In this document: positions 36,973 through 48,658 of the stretch, piece by piece
Numbering within the stretch: position 1 is the first letter of the stretch
Layout: every line of letters begins with the position of its first letter
Source: Phoronis australis
Taxonomy: Eukaryota > Animalia > Phoronida
NCBI GenBank assembly: GCA_002633005.1
Contig: NMRA01000032.1
Coordinates: 1,230,197-1,294,196 of the forward strand
Direction of reading: 5' to 3'
DNA: 64,000 nucleotides
Translations under genes and position numbers: made by a program
The notes under the pieces: model-generated
Databases searched by the model: none
The model's input: the letters and a program-made list of their open reading frames with translations, nothing else
What the model was told of the DNA's origin: nothing

Positions 36973-38727
36973 ATGGGGAGGAGCAGGAGACCGAAGATCA
37001 TCAAGTTAACTGAAATTTCAAATTATCGCCCAATAACATTACTTAACACCCTGTCCAAAATCTTTGAGAAGATCATTGCTCAAAGTATTCTTACATTTCT
37101 CAAACAAAACAACTTGATCTATCATCGTCAATTTGGTTTTTTGCGTGGGAACAGCACCGTGGCACAACTTGTTGAAATAGTACATGAGATTCATTTACAT
37201 TTTGAGAAGGGAGAGAGTGTCAGGTCCATTTTTCTAGATATAGCTTCTGCTTTCGACTGTGTCCCTCACGACCTTCTACTTCACAAACTTCGATCCTATG
37301 GCATTACTGGTAATCTTTTAAACATGATCACCTCATATCTCTCCGAAAGAACATACAGTGTTCGTGTCGATGGCGTACTTTCAATTTTATCCCATCCTGG
37401 ATTTGTAAACGCAGGTGTACCGCAGGGTAGCGTATTGGGCCCTCTTCTCTTCTTGGTTTATATTAATGACCTTCCTGATAACCTGTCATGTAGCACATAC
37501 CTTTATGCAGATGACACGGCGCTTTTTTACCCCTTCGCAGGGAGCAGCCCTGAATGTTCTTTGCAGCTTCAACACGACTTAAATAAACTAAGCTATTGGT
37601 CACAAGAATGGAGAATGAATTTTAAACCAGAAAAAAGCGTTGACCTTACCTTCTCCAAATCTATTAATGCTCTCTTCCTTGTTGACCCGTCTTATGACCT
37701 TAAACTTAATGATGAAATCATTCCTAGAAAACAGTCGCACAGACATCTGGGTATACTGTTAGATGAAAAACTCTCATTCACCCCTCACGTTCGGGAGCTC
37801 GTACAAAAAACTCAGGAACTAATTAACCCACTTAAGCTTGTCTCTCGTCATCTGAATTCTACACATTTAGAAGTTTTGTTCAAGTCCTTTGTACTTCCAC
37901 ACATTGATTATTGTGATATTATATATCAGTCTGCCAATACGGGTGCACTCCAACATTTGGAGAAGTTACAATATCAAGCCGCCTTACTCATAACTGGAGC
38001 TTACAGGGGATCCAATAGTGTTAAGGTTTTGAATAATCTCAAGTGGCCCAAACTGTCTACTCGACGCAATCTTCACATGACCACATTTACGTTCAAGGTA
38101 ATAAACAATGTCAACAACGTGTCTGTCAAAAAAATATTTGATCTATATATTAGACAAGGCCATCGTAGTGATTTGAGATTCTCCACCCCATATGCAATTC
38201 CTCCGTCGTTCAGTCAGGCATTCAGAAGGTCTACAGTCATGATGTGCATCAACAACTGGAATTCTCTTCCAGTCTCTGTTAAGGAAAGCAACTCTTTTAC
38301 GAGTATAAAAAATAATTTTAGAACTGTTTTTCATAATTTTGATAACTCAACACCCTTGACTCAATTCTCCCTTACCCGCGATAACGAAATAGCATTGTAC
38401 AGATCAAGATGTGGCCTTTTCCTCAACTCTGACAAGTTCAGGCACAACTTTAGTAATGTATCTCCAAACTGTAAATGTGGTGACCATCAATCTTATCCTC
38501 ATATTTTCTTCAAATGTCCCCTCATCGAATCCCTGAGAGACTCACTCTTTCGTGCACTCAATGATAACCAATCAGTTGTTAACGCTCTCAATTCTTGTAA
38601 TAATATCCCTACTAGAGTTACATTATTACTGAATGGTAGTCCTAACCTTGACTTTGTTCTTAACGAATTCCTCCTAAGCAACGTTAGCAAATTTTTATAT
38701 ACCGTTTATCAATATTGTTGCATCTGA
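36973..38727 (+). CDS. LINE reverse transcriptase ORF, 584 aa, with no endonuclease domain
   Basis: Motifs NYRPITLL, QFGF, FLDIASAFD, GVPQGSVLGPLLF, YADD and HLG, plus a C-terminal CxC..H..C knuckle; no internal stops. The first ~13 codons come from the flanking satellite and TSD. Confidence 0.9.
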   Translation: MGRSRRPKIIKLTEISNYRPITLLNTLSKIFEKIIAQSILTFLKQNNLIYHRQFGFLRGNSTVAQLVEIVHEIHLHFEKGESVRSIFLDIASAFDCVPHDLLLHKLRSYGITGNLLNMITSYLSERTYSVRVDGVLSILSHPGFVNAGVPQGSVLGPLLFLVYINDLPDNLSCSTYLYADDTALFYPFAGSSPECSLQLQHDLNKLSYWSQEWRMNFKPEKSVDLTFSKSINALFLVDPSYDLKLNDEIIPRKQSHRHLGILLDEKLSFTPHVRELVQKTQELINPLKLVSRHLNSTHLEVLFKSFVLPHIDYCDIIYQSANTGALQHLEKLQYQAALLITGAYRGSNSVKVLNNLKWPKLSTRRNLHMTTFTFKVINNVNNVSVKKIFDLYIRQGHRSDLRFSTPYAIPPSFSQAFRRSTVMMCINNWNSLPVSVKESNSFTSIKNNFRTVFHNFDNSTPLTQFSLTRDNEIALYRSRCGLFLNSDKFRHNFSNVSPNCKCGDHQSYPHIFFKCPLIESLRDSLFRALNDNQSVVNALNSCNNIPTRVTLLLNGSPNLDFVLNEFLLSNVSKFLYTVYQYCCI

Positions 38728-38961
38728 TTTCCCTACATGAATCTGTAAATATTTTTGTTTTTATATATCTGTAATAGCATGTCTAAGTATTGGAATACTT
38801 ATTTTAGATACTACTTAATTGTATATATCTCTATGTATATAAGTTTCATTGATGAATTGTTTACAACCCAGATATAATGCTTCGCGGTTTCTGGGTTTGT
38901 TATTATTTCTTTGTATGTTCTGTGTATCCTTCAATAAATATATATCACAGTGAAAAAAAAA
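37011..38961 (+). mobile_element. 5'-truncated non-LTR retrotransposon (LINE; CR1/L2-group-like)
   Basis: RT coding region, 3' UTR, AATAAA at 38933 and a short poly(A). An 11-bp target-site duplication ATCAAGTTAAC is at 37000-37010 and 38962-38972. The empty site is visible in unit 3 near 30030. Confidence 0.93.
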
Positions 38962-40834
38962 ATCAAGTTAACGTGAACATGGACAGATTGCATGGCCACA
39001 TAGTCTTGGGAGGAGCACACAGAAAGTACAGGCCAATTAACATGAACATAGACAGTTTACATGGCGGTATAGTCTGGGTAGGAGCACACAGAACGTAGGC
39101 CAGTTAACATGAACATGGACAGTTTACATGGCGGTATAGTCTGGGTAGGAGCACACAGAACGTAGGCCAGTTAATATGAACACGGACAGTTTACATGGCC
39201 ATATAGTTTGGGAGGGGCATGTGCAGAACGTAAGCCAGTTAACATGAACAAGGTCATATTATATGACCATATAGCCTGGAGGAGCACACAGATTGTAGGA
39301 CAGTTAACGATGAACATACTATTAGACAGTTTACATGCCGTGGCCATATAGTCAGGGGAGGAGCACACAGAACGATGCCAGTTCACATGAACATGGAAAA
39401 TTTACATGGCCATATAGTCTGGGGAGGAGCAAAGAGACGTAGGTCAATAAACATGAACATGGACAGGTTACATGACCATATAGTCTGGGGAGAAGCAAGA
39501 AGAAAATAAGTCAGTTAACATGAACATAGAGAGTTTACATGGCCATATAATTTGGTAGTCTGGGGAGGAGAACACCGAACGTACACCAATTATCCTGAAC
39601 ATGGACAGCTTACAAGGGCACATAATAGGGAGCGGGGCGGAGCACACAGAACGCACGTCCGCTAACACGTGCATGGACAATTTACATTACCATATGGTCT
39701 GGGAAGGTTGGAGCACACAGAACGTAGACCAGTCTATGTACAGTTTACATGGCCAAATACTCTGGGGAGCAGCAAACAGAACGTACGTCCGCTAACATGT
39801 ACACGGACAGTTTTCGAGGACACGTGATGAGGGAAATAAAGCTCAGAACGTAGTGGCTGTAACAAATACAAGTACAATTTACATTAGTGTGTTACATCCT
39901 ACGGGAGATGGAACGCGAAGATTCCACGAGAGTTAATATGAATCTTCACAATTCCCCATTTAAAACATTGTTATCAACATCAAGCGATTCAATGTTGTTC
40001 GTTTTTGATTTCACACCTTTAAGGTCTTGATATACTAATCTTAAAAGGGTTTAATCTTTGAGCTTGTACAGGTGTACCACGTATTTTTTTCCACTTTGGG
40101 TTTTGAAGATTGTTGAAATGTAATTTGGTAAAGCATTTGTTGGCCCTGAATAGAAATAAAATTGTCCAGAAAACTCAACTTTCGTACTTTCGGCGCAAAT
40201 CACGCTTTCGAGACTAGTCAGCTACGTATTTCATTTAAACGATATCCACCATTTTCGTTTTGTATTTTAGAAGTTACTGCGGAGGAAATAGAAATCTTTC
40301 ATGTAATAATTTTGCATTGACCGTTTAGGCAAATGAGGTGATGCTGAGGTTGTTTCTGGAAAGCCAATGTTTAAAAATAAAGTGAAATATAAACTAATCC
40401 ACTCAGCTCATAAAATAGCTCTTGTGATATTCTTTGCCATGATAGCACTTGATTGCCGTTACTAACAACAGCATAAAAGTATCAGCGATTTACGAAAACG
40501 CGTCATGGCTAGCTCTAAAATCACGCAAATTCAAATAATGGCGGATGTATCTTTTGCCTCTGATTTGAGTTGCCCAAAAGCGCTTCGATTTAAAATTAAC
40601 CTTTGAGGAAATGCCCCTTTTAACTAAGTCAGACTTGAAATAACAATAAGCCATTGATACCCTGAAAATATAAGACCTGGTCGTCAGTGGTGACAAAAGT
40701 GATAACACAGATGTAGACAGACTCCTGCAGTAATAGTTGCCTAAGCTAACAGTCAGGATATGAACCCTCATTACTAAAGCTTAAAATTTGTATCTAGACT
40801 GGAAAAATGAAAATCTAAAGAAGCCGTCATTGGA

Positions 40835-42423
40835 TTAATCCAACGGTATCCAGGACAAATCAAAAATATCTTCGTCTTCCAATATGGTTGTCAAGCTGGA
40901 AGAGGCAATCTGAAACAGAAAACAATTGAAAACTCAACAGAAATAAATTACTAAAGATCTATAAAGCTTGTCACCAACAACTTTAAAAATGTTTACTTTC
41001 TTAAACGTGTTACCATGACATTAAACTATGGTCATTTTTAAGTAAAATTTCGGAGCTCTCGGGCGAGTCTTAATTATAAAGCACGATAGATATACGCTCT
41101 TCTGCTTAGTAAGTTCATCTGCCGGTAAATTCATACTGCGTCAATGTTTGAATACAGATTGTTAATAGCAATGTAACGACGTGGAGGATACTTACGCTGC
41201 GGCCTTGTATTTTTCTCTTGGAGATCACTGCTCCGTACTCTGAATCTGGGAATAACTTTAATCTTTCTTGCGTCACTGCGCAAACTAAATCTACCTGGAA
41301 TATATTAGAGCACAGTTTTAAATCATTAGTTCATATCTATCGAAGTAACAGTTGAAAAGTTCAAAATTGTATTACGTTTAACGGTACCATGACTAGATTT
41401 CAGGTTCTTGGTTTCAACGAAGAGTCCACTGACAAGTCTGTTCTCAAATTTTTTTATGGAAGTCGCGTCTGTTCTCTACATCGAAGGATTTCATGTTTGT
41501 TTTTGTTGTGGGGTGAAATTTTAGAAATGTTAGAACTGTCTTTTACTGATCACTGCTAATAATTTCGCAATTCGAACAACTATGCAAAATAGCCAAACAA
41601 CTGCTACAATGTCTATTGCAAAGAGCCAGGCTTTGCGTTTCGGTGTTACATAAATTGTAGTCGAAAAGAAAACTGACATCTACAAAAACGACATGAAGTT
41701 CAAATCGGTAAAAGACGTATCCACGTATAGCATTAGACACATCATGTGTATGTAATTTCTTTTCATATCAACAACCAATATGCCTACTAAACTCTGGTTA
41801 GTTCATCACCTTGTTCTCTTGTTCAGAAACTCTTTGTTTTTTAAGTCTTTTCAGGAAAGCCGGACTTGGCTCAAACACATGCTTGGGGTCAGGCTCTCCG
41901 AATTCTTTTTCTAATTGTTCTAACATCATGCAGATGTTATCAAGTCTTTGTGCAAGTGCGAGACATCTTGAGCGAGTCTGGTTGCCTTTGGACGCCTCCG
42001 TCTGGAGATCCTGCATGACCGTGACTATCTCATCGGATGTTTTTGATAACGACAAAGTTATTGCATCTCCTTGAGATGCATAGTCAGCCGATACGATCTC
42101 TGCCGCTTCTGAAATTGAATGGATTTAATTGACAATTTTTTGCTTATTTGTGAAACTCTGCAAACAAATTAAAAGATCAAATTCTAAAATTAAAAGGAAT
42201 TTCACTAAATATGGCTTGTTTTCTTAAAAATGGTGGTCTTACCAGTGTTGCCAATCACGTCATCGCGTTTGCCACCGTCCCCTTGACGTTTCAGAACACA
42301 TTTGTGGCAAGAGCACTGTTTCTTCAACTTCTTCAAGGCATAGTGCCTCGCTCTTTGCAGAAATGACTCCTTTTTGCCGCCTTTTGAACCATTTTGTTTC
42401 CTTCTCTTCGGAATGCAAGGCAT
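40835..42423 (-). CDS. Novel ~217-aa protein, array copy 4
   Basis: Exons 42423-42243, 42108-41810, 41294-41196 and 40909-40835; open frame. Confidence 0.75.
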
Positions 42424-43860
42424 TTTGAAACTTTTGTGTAGCTTCACTACTACCAAAGTGACGTCACGTAATTGTTGAATTATTAAATATGACGTAAACT
42501 CCCGAATTTCAACGTAAGTCAGCGAGAAAAAAATGCTGATATGGGAAACATGAAAGCATATCAAAGAAGCAGATTTTAGTTGGCCTGCGTTTTTTCATGG
42601 GATGGGATGCTAACTCCCGAACATAACCCATTTTTTACTTGTTGGAACTTGCGACCCCGGGCTTTCAAGGGACTGGCCGCGAGTGTTTGCACTGAATTTT
42701 CCGACAGAGTTTTGAAATCCTTCTGAAACCTTCCTTGGACTATTTGCGCTTTTCCATCCCTTTTTTCACTGACGACTGTAGTTGAACGCTCGGGTGTCTC
42801 TCAGGCGTGCAGTGGTCTAATCTCTGTTCGAGGGCAACATGTGCTCCAGACTTTTCTTATCATTTCCACGACACATGCCTCATTTATTTTTCAATTGACT
42901 CAAAATTTGTCCAGAATGTATAATTTAAGCTGAGTCATCCCCTGTCAATAGTGCGTTTTTCAGACCCAAATTGTAATAAAGACCTAGGATCCGCTGTTTT
43001 CGTTGTCACATACGTTTGTGATGTCTGAATGACAACGTGTTGAGCTCGGTAAAACTCGTTATTGTATAGTGTTTTATCTGTGAGAGTATCAAGGCACCTT
43101 AAAAATCCCGTACGGAATTATGTGCCTGAGCTTACCAGATTATTTTTTAGATTTTTGAACGTTTAAATTTAACCAGTAAGCAAAAGTGTGTGAAATGACC
43201 TTAGCATATTTTTGTACTTTTGTATTTATCATGGCTCAAATGTTTTTCAAGCATTGTTTAAAATGCTCAACGCAAGCCACCATTTAATTTTTAAAGTTCT
43301 TGGTGATAAAAAAGTAAATTATGCATTGCAATGGTGTCCAGGTATCGATTATAATGTGACTGTGTTTAATTTAATAACTCTTGATGTTTATAAGATTTCT
43401 TGAGATACAAATCATGTTGTGTTTACTGTGTTACTAGTAAACCCTACATTAATTGATATTACAAGTCGATCTCCTTAAAATATTTTCGCATGATCAATCA
43501 TCATCTGAACTCTAATGCGATACCAAAATCACATACCTAGGACAAATAGAAACAAAATACATATTTTAACACTAGGCCAATGGGAAAAGTGTTACCTTTT
43601 TACTGTCATTAGAACTTTCCGCAACTCCGTCGTTTTTCAACCGAATGACACGAGAGTCAGTTCATTAGAAAACTCTTTATCATCTTCCGATGTTGTATGT
43701 TTATAGCAGAAGCGAAAGATGAGTAATTTGCTTCATAAATAATTACCAATTTGCATACATGGCAGATTTGAAAAATATTTTAAATTTTAAAAACAAAGAG
43801 TGTTACCAAAATGTGAAATGTAAGTGAGTACTATAATGAAGCTCTTCCTGTACTAATTGG

Positions 43861-45531
43861 GTGAATAATAATTAATTAATTAGTGGTTAATTATGTGCAA
43901 CGCCATTTACCTTAGGGTAGAATAGTAACATAAAGATTTAATGAACTAGTCGGTTATATAAATGACTAATTAAACCACTAGGGAAATAATTTCAATGATT
44001 GCTACCGGATGTAGACATAAATTTAAATATGAATCCACCACAGTTGCTGTTAAGAATTGTCAGCCATTCATCCAAAATTATACGTCTCTGTATATTAATT
44101 TGACCTTTGGTGCCGTTTGATATAATTACATTCTCAGCAAAAATTCAGGCTGCTGTGACATTTACAAAGAATGAGAAAGTAATTACTTCAACTACCTAAC
44201 CGAATTTTTCAGACAAACGTGTTTTGATAAATATGCACATATTTAGTTAAGATATCTTTGTACCCAATTGCCAAATAATTATAAGTGAAAGTATTGATTT
44301 TGTTAAATGCGGCTGATCTTATTTTGGGGAACGCCCTAGTCGCCGCGCGTCTCTAAGTGGTCGTTATGTCGCAAAATGGGCGTGGCGGCCCTGTGCTGGC
44401 GTGAAAAACGAAAATCACAGTAACGCACGGAAGATGTGGGTCCCAGGTTTAGACTCTTCTGCACAGGACTGTGGAAAATCAAAAGCCAGACAAGTGAGTT
44501 TTGATCAGAATGTCCAATTAAAACATAGAAGGCGTCTCCAAAGATCATTGTTAGAAATATTTTTCTCTTCCTAATCAAAAACAGCTAAGTTTCAACTTTA
44601 TTTGAATACCAAAATAAAAACTGATGTTTCAGGTGTCGATGGCGGTAACGAGCAGCAGAACCGGTTCTCTTATCTGTACAATTCAGCATACTCCNGTGAA
44701 TAATAATTAATTAATTAGTGGTTAATTATGTGCAACGCCATTTATCTTAGGGTAGAATAGTAACATAAAGATTTAATGAACTAGTCGGTTATATAAATGA
44801 CTAATTAAACCACCAGGGAAATAATTTCAATGATTGCTACCGGATGTAGACATAAATTTAAATATGAATCCACCACAGTTGCTGTTAAGAATTGTCAGGC
44901 ATTCATCCAAAATTATACGTCTCTGTATATTAATTTGACCTCTTGTCCTGTTTGATATAATTACAATCTTCTGTAAAAATTCAGGCTGCTGTGACATTTA
45001 CAAAGAATGAGAAAGTAATTACTTCAACTACCTAACCGAATTTTTCAGACAAAAGTGTTTTGATAAATATGCACATATTTAGTTAAGATATCTTTGTACC
45101 CAATTGCCAAATAATTATAAGTGAAAGTATTGATTTTGTTAAATGCGGCTGATCTTATTTTGGGGAACGCCCTAGTCGCCGCGCGTCTCTAAAGTGGTCG
45201 TTATGTCGCAAAATGGGCGTGGCGGCCCTGTGCTGGCGTGAAAAACGAAAATCACAGTAACGCACGGAAGATGTGGGTCCCAGGTTTAGACTCTTCTGCA
45301 CAGGACTGTGGAAAATCAAAAGCCAGACAAGTGAGTTTTGATCAGAATGTCCAATTAAAACATAGAAGGCGTCTCCAAAGATCATTGTTAGAAATATTTT
45401 TCTCTTCCTAATCAAAAACAGCTAAGTTTCAACTTTATTTGAATACCAAAATAAAAACTGATGTTTCAGGTGTCGATGGCGGTAACGAGCAGCAGAACCG
45501 GTTCTCTTATCTGTACAATTCAGCATACTCC
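43861..45531. repeat. ~835-bp direct duplication around a single N (44695); probable uncollapsed haplotypes
   Basis: 43861-44694 and 44696-45531 are nearly identical and meet exactly at the N. Confidence 0.85.
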
Positions 45532-45559
45532 AATTTGCTTGTTACGTGAAGAAATATGA
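45271..45559 (+). other. Candidate small spliced transcript (49-aa sORF or lncRNA); its 5' part is duplicated at 44434-44694
   Basis: CpG-rich upstream region with a GC-box (GGGCGTGGC) and an ETS-like CGGAAG. ATG at 45271, donor CAA/GTGAGT at 45331, branch-like CTGAT and acceptor TTTCAG at 45469, stop at 45559, AATAAA at 45778. No recognised homology. Confidence 0.35.
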
Positions 45560-45879
45560 TGTTGTTGTCCTTCAATATAGCCATTTCGCTTTAGCAGGGA
45601 ACCTCATCAAATTTTACCCTAAACCATTTTTACCATCGACAGAGAGAAATTATATACAATAAGATCTTTCAATTGCGAAAATTTCGGCGAAGCCAAATAG
45701 ATCCGTGTGAAGTAAAAGAACCCTGGAAGACACCGCCAACTTTTAACAAAATACGTTCTCCTCAACACACACAGCACAATAAACAAAAACCCAGATACCA
45801 CAGGACATTTTCGAGTTCACGACTTTGGTTCACCTTTTACAACTTAGAAAGCAACTGGAACAACAAAAGAAACGAAATC

Positions 45880-48658
45880 AGGTTATTTGTACAAAATTTA
45901 TTATCATTTGTGCAAAGAAATACAATTTCTTCTAAAAGACAAGTACAGGTACAAAACATACAACTATTGACTACCACATTGATGGAAATCGCGTACCTAT
46001 GTGTCTACCAAAGGCATAAAATGCACTTGAAAACTGGGCTCTTCCCAAATAATTCAGAATATGACACTCAGTTTAGGGTCAGTGTGACAATTTCTGAATG
46101 CAGGCAACAGGGGGTTAGCCATACAGGCTTGCTCACGATGTAAGAATCATAAAAAAACGAATCACATTCATCAAGTCATTTTGCTTTTCATCCGTAATTA
46201 TTATGCCTGTTCACGAAAATAAGTTTACTTTGGAATTTATTTTTATTTGCAGCTATTTACACATGGTCTAATTGTGAAATTTTGGAAACGATAGACTGAT
46301 GTCAATGCTGGCTATATCCACTGGTAGCTCTAATGAATAACTTTTTAGTATGTTTACACAAATTCAGTTAACAAGTTTACAATATGTATTTGCTGATTTG
46401 TTTTTAACAAAGTAATGAATCCTAGCAGAAACAAAACAAAAATCAGTGACTAGCTAAAACAAAACACAGCCTACATCCTTTGTTTATACAACTACAGTGA
46501 CTAGACGGAACACAATGGGGGGATACATAATACAAAAATATGTACAGATCAGACTGTCAACAGAAATTTCAGCAAAATCACCTCTGAGTGTTCTCCACAC
46601 TTTGCAAACATTTGGTAATGACTATATACAATAAAACTGGTTTTCAAACTGTCCAGACCAGGACTGGGATGCATAAAAATTTTAAAACTCATCCACTGCA
46701 TAAGTTTGATAATTGAATGATGTCAACTACATCCTTCAATAATACCAACATGACGGGCGATGCAATGTCATAATTGCTATCCAGTGTAAAAAACTTTTAT
46801 GCAACTGGGCCCAGGACTCCATTTTGCGTGGTCATTGCACAGAAGCTGGCAATACGTTCTTACTTTGACAACTGTTTACAAACCACTGCAACATAAGTGT
46901 ATGCTTTACTCGAGCTCGGGATGCTTGCTATACTCCGATACACATATAAATGATATGTCAAGGGTAGACTTACACTGCAAATGATTTGACCATCAGATCT
47001 GTTACACAACTGAAAAATATGAAGGCGAGTAGCTTCAGCCCCAAACTGCTAAACACAAATCAATAAATAAAGCCTGGTGCTCAGGTTAACTGCCTATAGT
47101 GAATGACGTGTCAACAATACTACATACAACAGAGGCAACTCTCTCACATAGACACACGTTTCTCAACTGATTGTCGTTTTCACAGCTTAATTCAAAGCTC
47201 ATAAAATGCTCAACATATATTCGTTTGTACACTCGAGTACACAATAATACAAAATCGTAACTGGTTGACAAATAAGATGCTTCATTTCATAAGCATACCC
47301 TCATTTCAAGTAATATATCGCACAGGGAAATTAAAGTTGCTTACACACAAAAAACTTTTGTGCTATGTGCCAACCTAATGTTCATGAAGACATCGTCACA
47401 TTTTAAATTGCCTTGCAGCCGAGAAAATGAGTTATTTGTAAATGCTACACAGTTTCACCTCGGCACAGTCTGCACAGTCTACAAGAACGTTCAACTGAGT
47501 TTTGTCCTCACACACCAACTGCCCACGAAAAGTTGACAAGTCAGGTTAAACGACACAAACATTCAAGCACAATATCGATTAGTGTATTTTTGACATGCAG
47601 AACACAAGTCAACAGACCCTACAAGCAATGCTTATACAATAATGAAAAAAGTCCGCACAATACAATCAGTATTTCTACACAACAAATTGAAGTTTCTGGA
47701 AGCTGAAAACACAGTCATAGGAAGCAATTTTTGTGAGTGCACTTTTTACATTTAGCTTTTACCATCATTTTACAGCAGCATCTATTTCAGACAATAAGCT
47801 ATAAAACTGTTTTCTCTAACTCGGTAGCTGTCCAACAGAGAAAATCAAACGTGGATATCCCTGCCTAGCAGTCAGTTGCGAAATTTTAAGCAGTTTCTGC
47901 TTTCATTTGGTCCCACCAGAACTGTGATCAACAATGGCATCGCCTCGAACAAATTCGTCGATATGAACTCTCAGAATAAACACAAAACTCAATCACAAGT
48001 AATATTCACCAAAACATAATCTTTGATCATTGATAAATTACTTCTACGAACAAATTTATGTTTTACAATCAAGCTCACTAAGCATGAAATAAAAATAACA
48101 GCGAATGCTTTGAAAATGCATTCCATGCTGTTCATTTTATTTCCACGTTCACAAACAAGTCACAAACTGGCCATAAACGACCGACAATGTATAATAATTA
48201 AATTAAGATACACAATACATGCAGTACCGTAAGAGCTAACAGATACATTAAACAGGCAGTAAACAATAAACAGATGGTAAACAAGAGTTAACAAAACTTG
48301 GTTCTCCTCTGGAAGCTAATAGTTCAGTTCCCCATAAACTGAAACAGTACTCTGTCATTAGTCAATTCTCACGAACACCGTCAGAGATTTCTAAGTAAAC
48401 GTTTCTTACGTATACGCAGGCTTAAAGCTTTTCTTCTTTGATCGACGCAGTTTGCTTTCAACTCGTAAGAATTGCCGCTGCTTCCCATGCCACCTATACT
48501 CTGTTGAAAGATGGCTTCCGCAGTCCACATGTTTGGAGTACAACCGTGACTGTCCTTGCCACTCTTAAACATGAATACAAGCTCCTGGAACACACTTTGG
48601 GCACTGACCTACTACATGTGGTCATGAGCGTCCTATCACTCGTGCGTGTAAACGTGCC
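45880..48658 (-). other. Probable ~2.8-kb 3' UTR of the neogenin/DCC gene
   Basis: Repeat-free sequence that is U-rich on the minus strand downstream of the stop codon. A minus-strand AATAAA is at ~45897-45902 and another at ~46242. Confidence 0.5.

Larger units (their letters stand above)
36300..39855. repeat. 67-bp minisatellite, unit 4 (interrupted by a LINE at 37011-38961)
   Basis: Same consensus; the 67-bp period is clear at 39037, 39104 and 39171. Confidence 0.95.
14805..43125. repeat. Tandem array (macrosatellite) of four ~6.8-kb units
   Basis: The marker GGAATGT(A/G)AAACAA occurs at ~14807, 21620 and 35337; the third copy is hidden in gap 28416-29204. Gene ATGs at 20026, 26840, 33730 and 42423 are spaced 6814, 6890 and 8693 bp apart (the last includes the ~1.96-kb LINE). 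Unit 4 decays and ends near 43125. Confidence 0.95.

Noticed and set aside
43861-45531. True tandem duplication of the small candidate transcript
   Set aside because: The copies join exactly at a single N and are nearly identical; likely a haplotype overlap.
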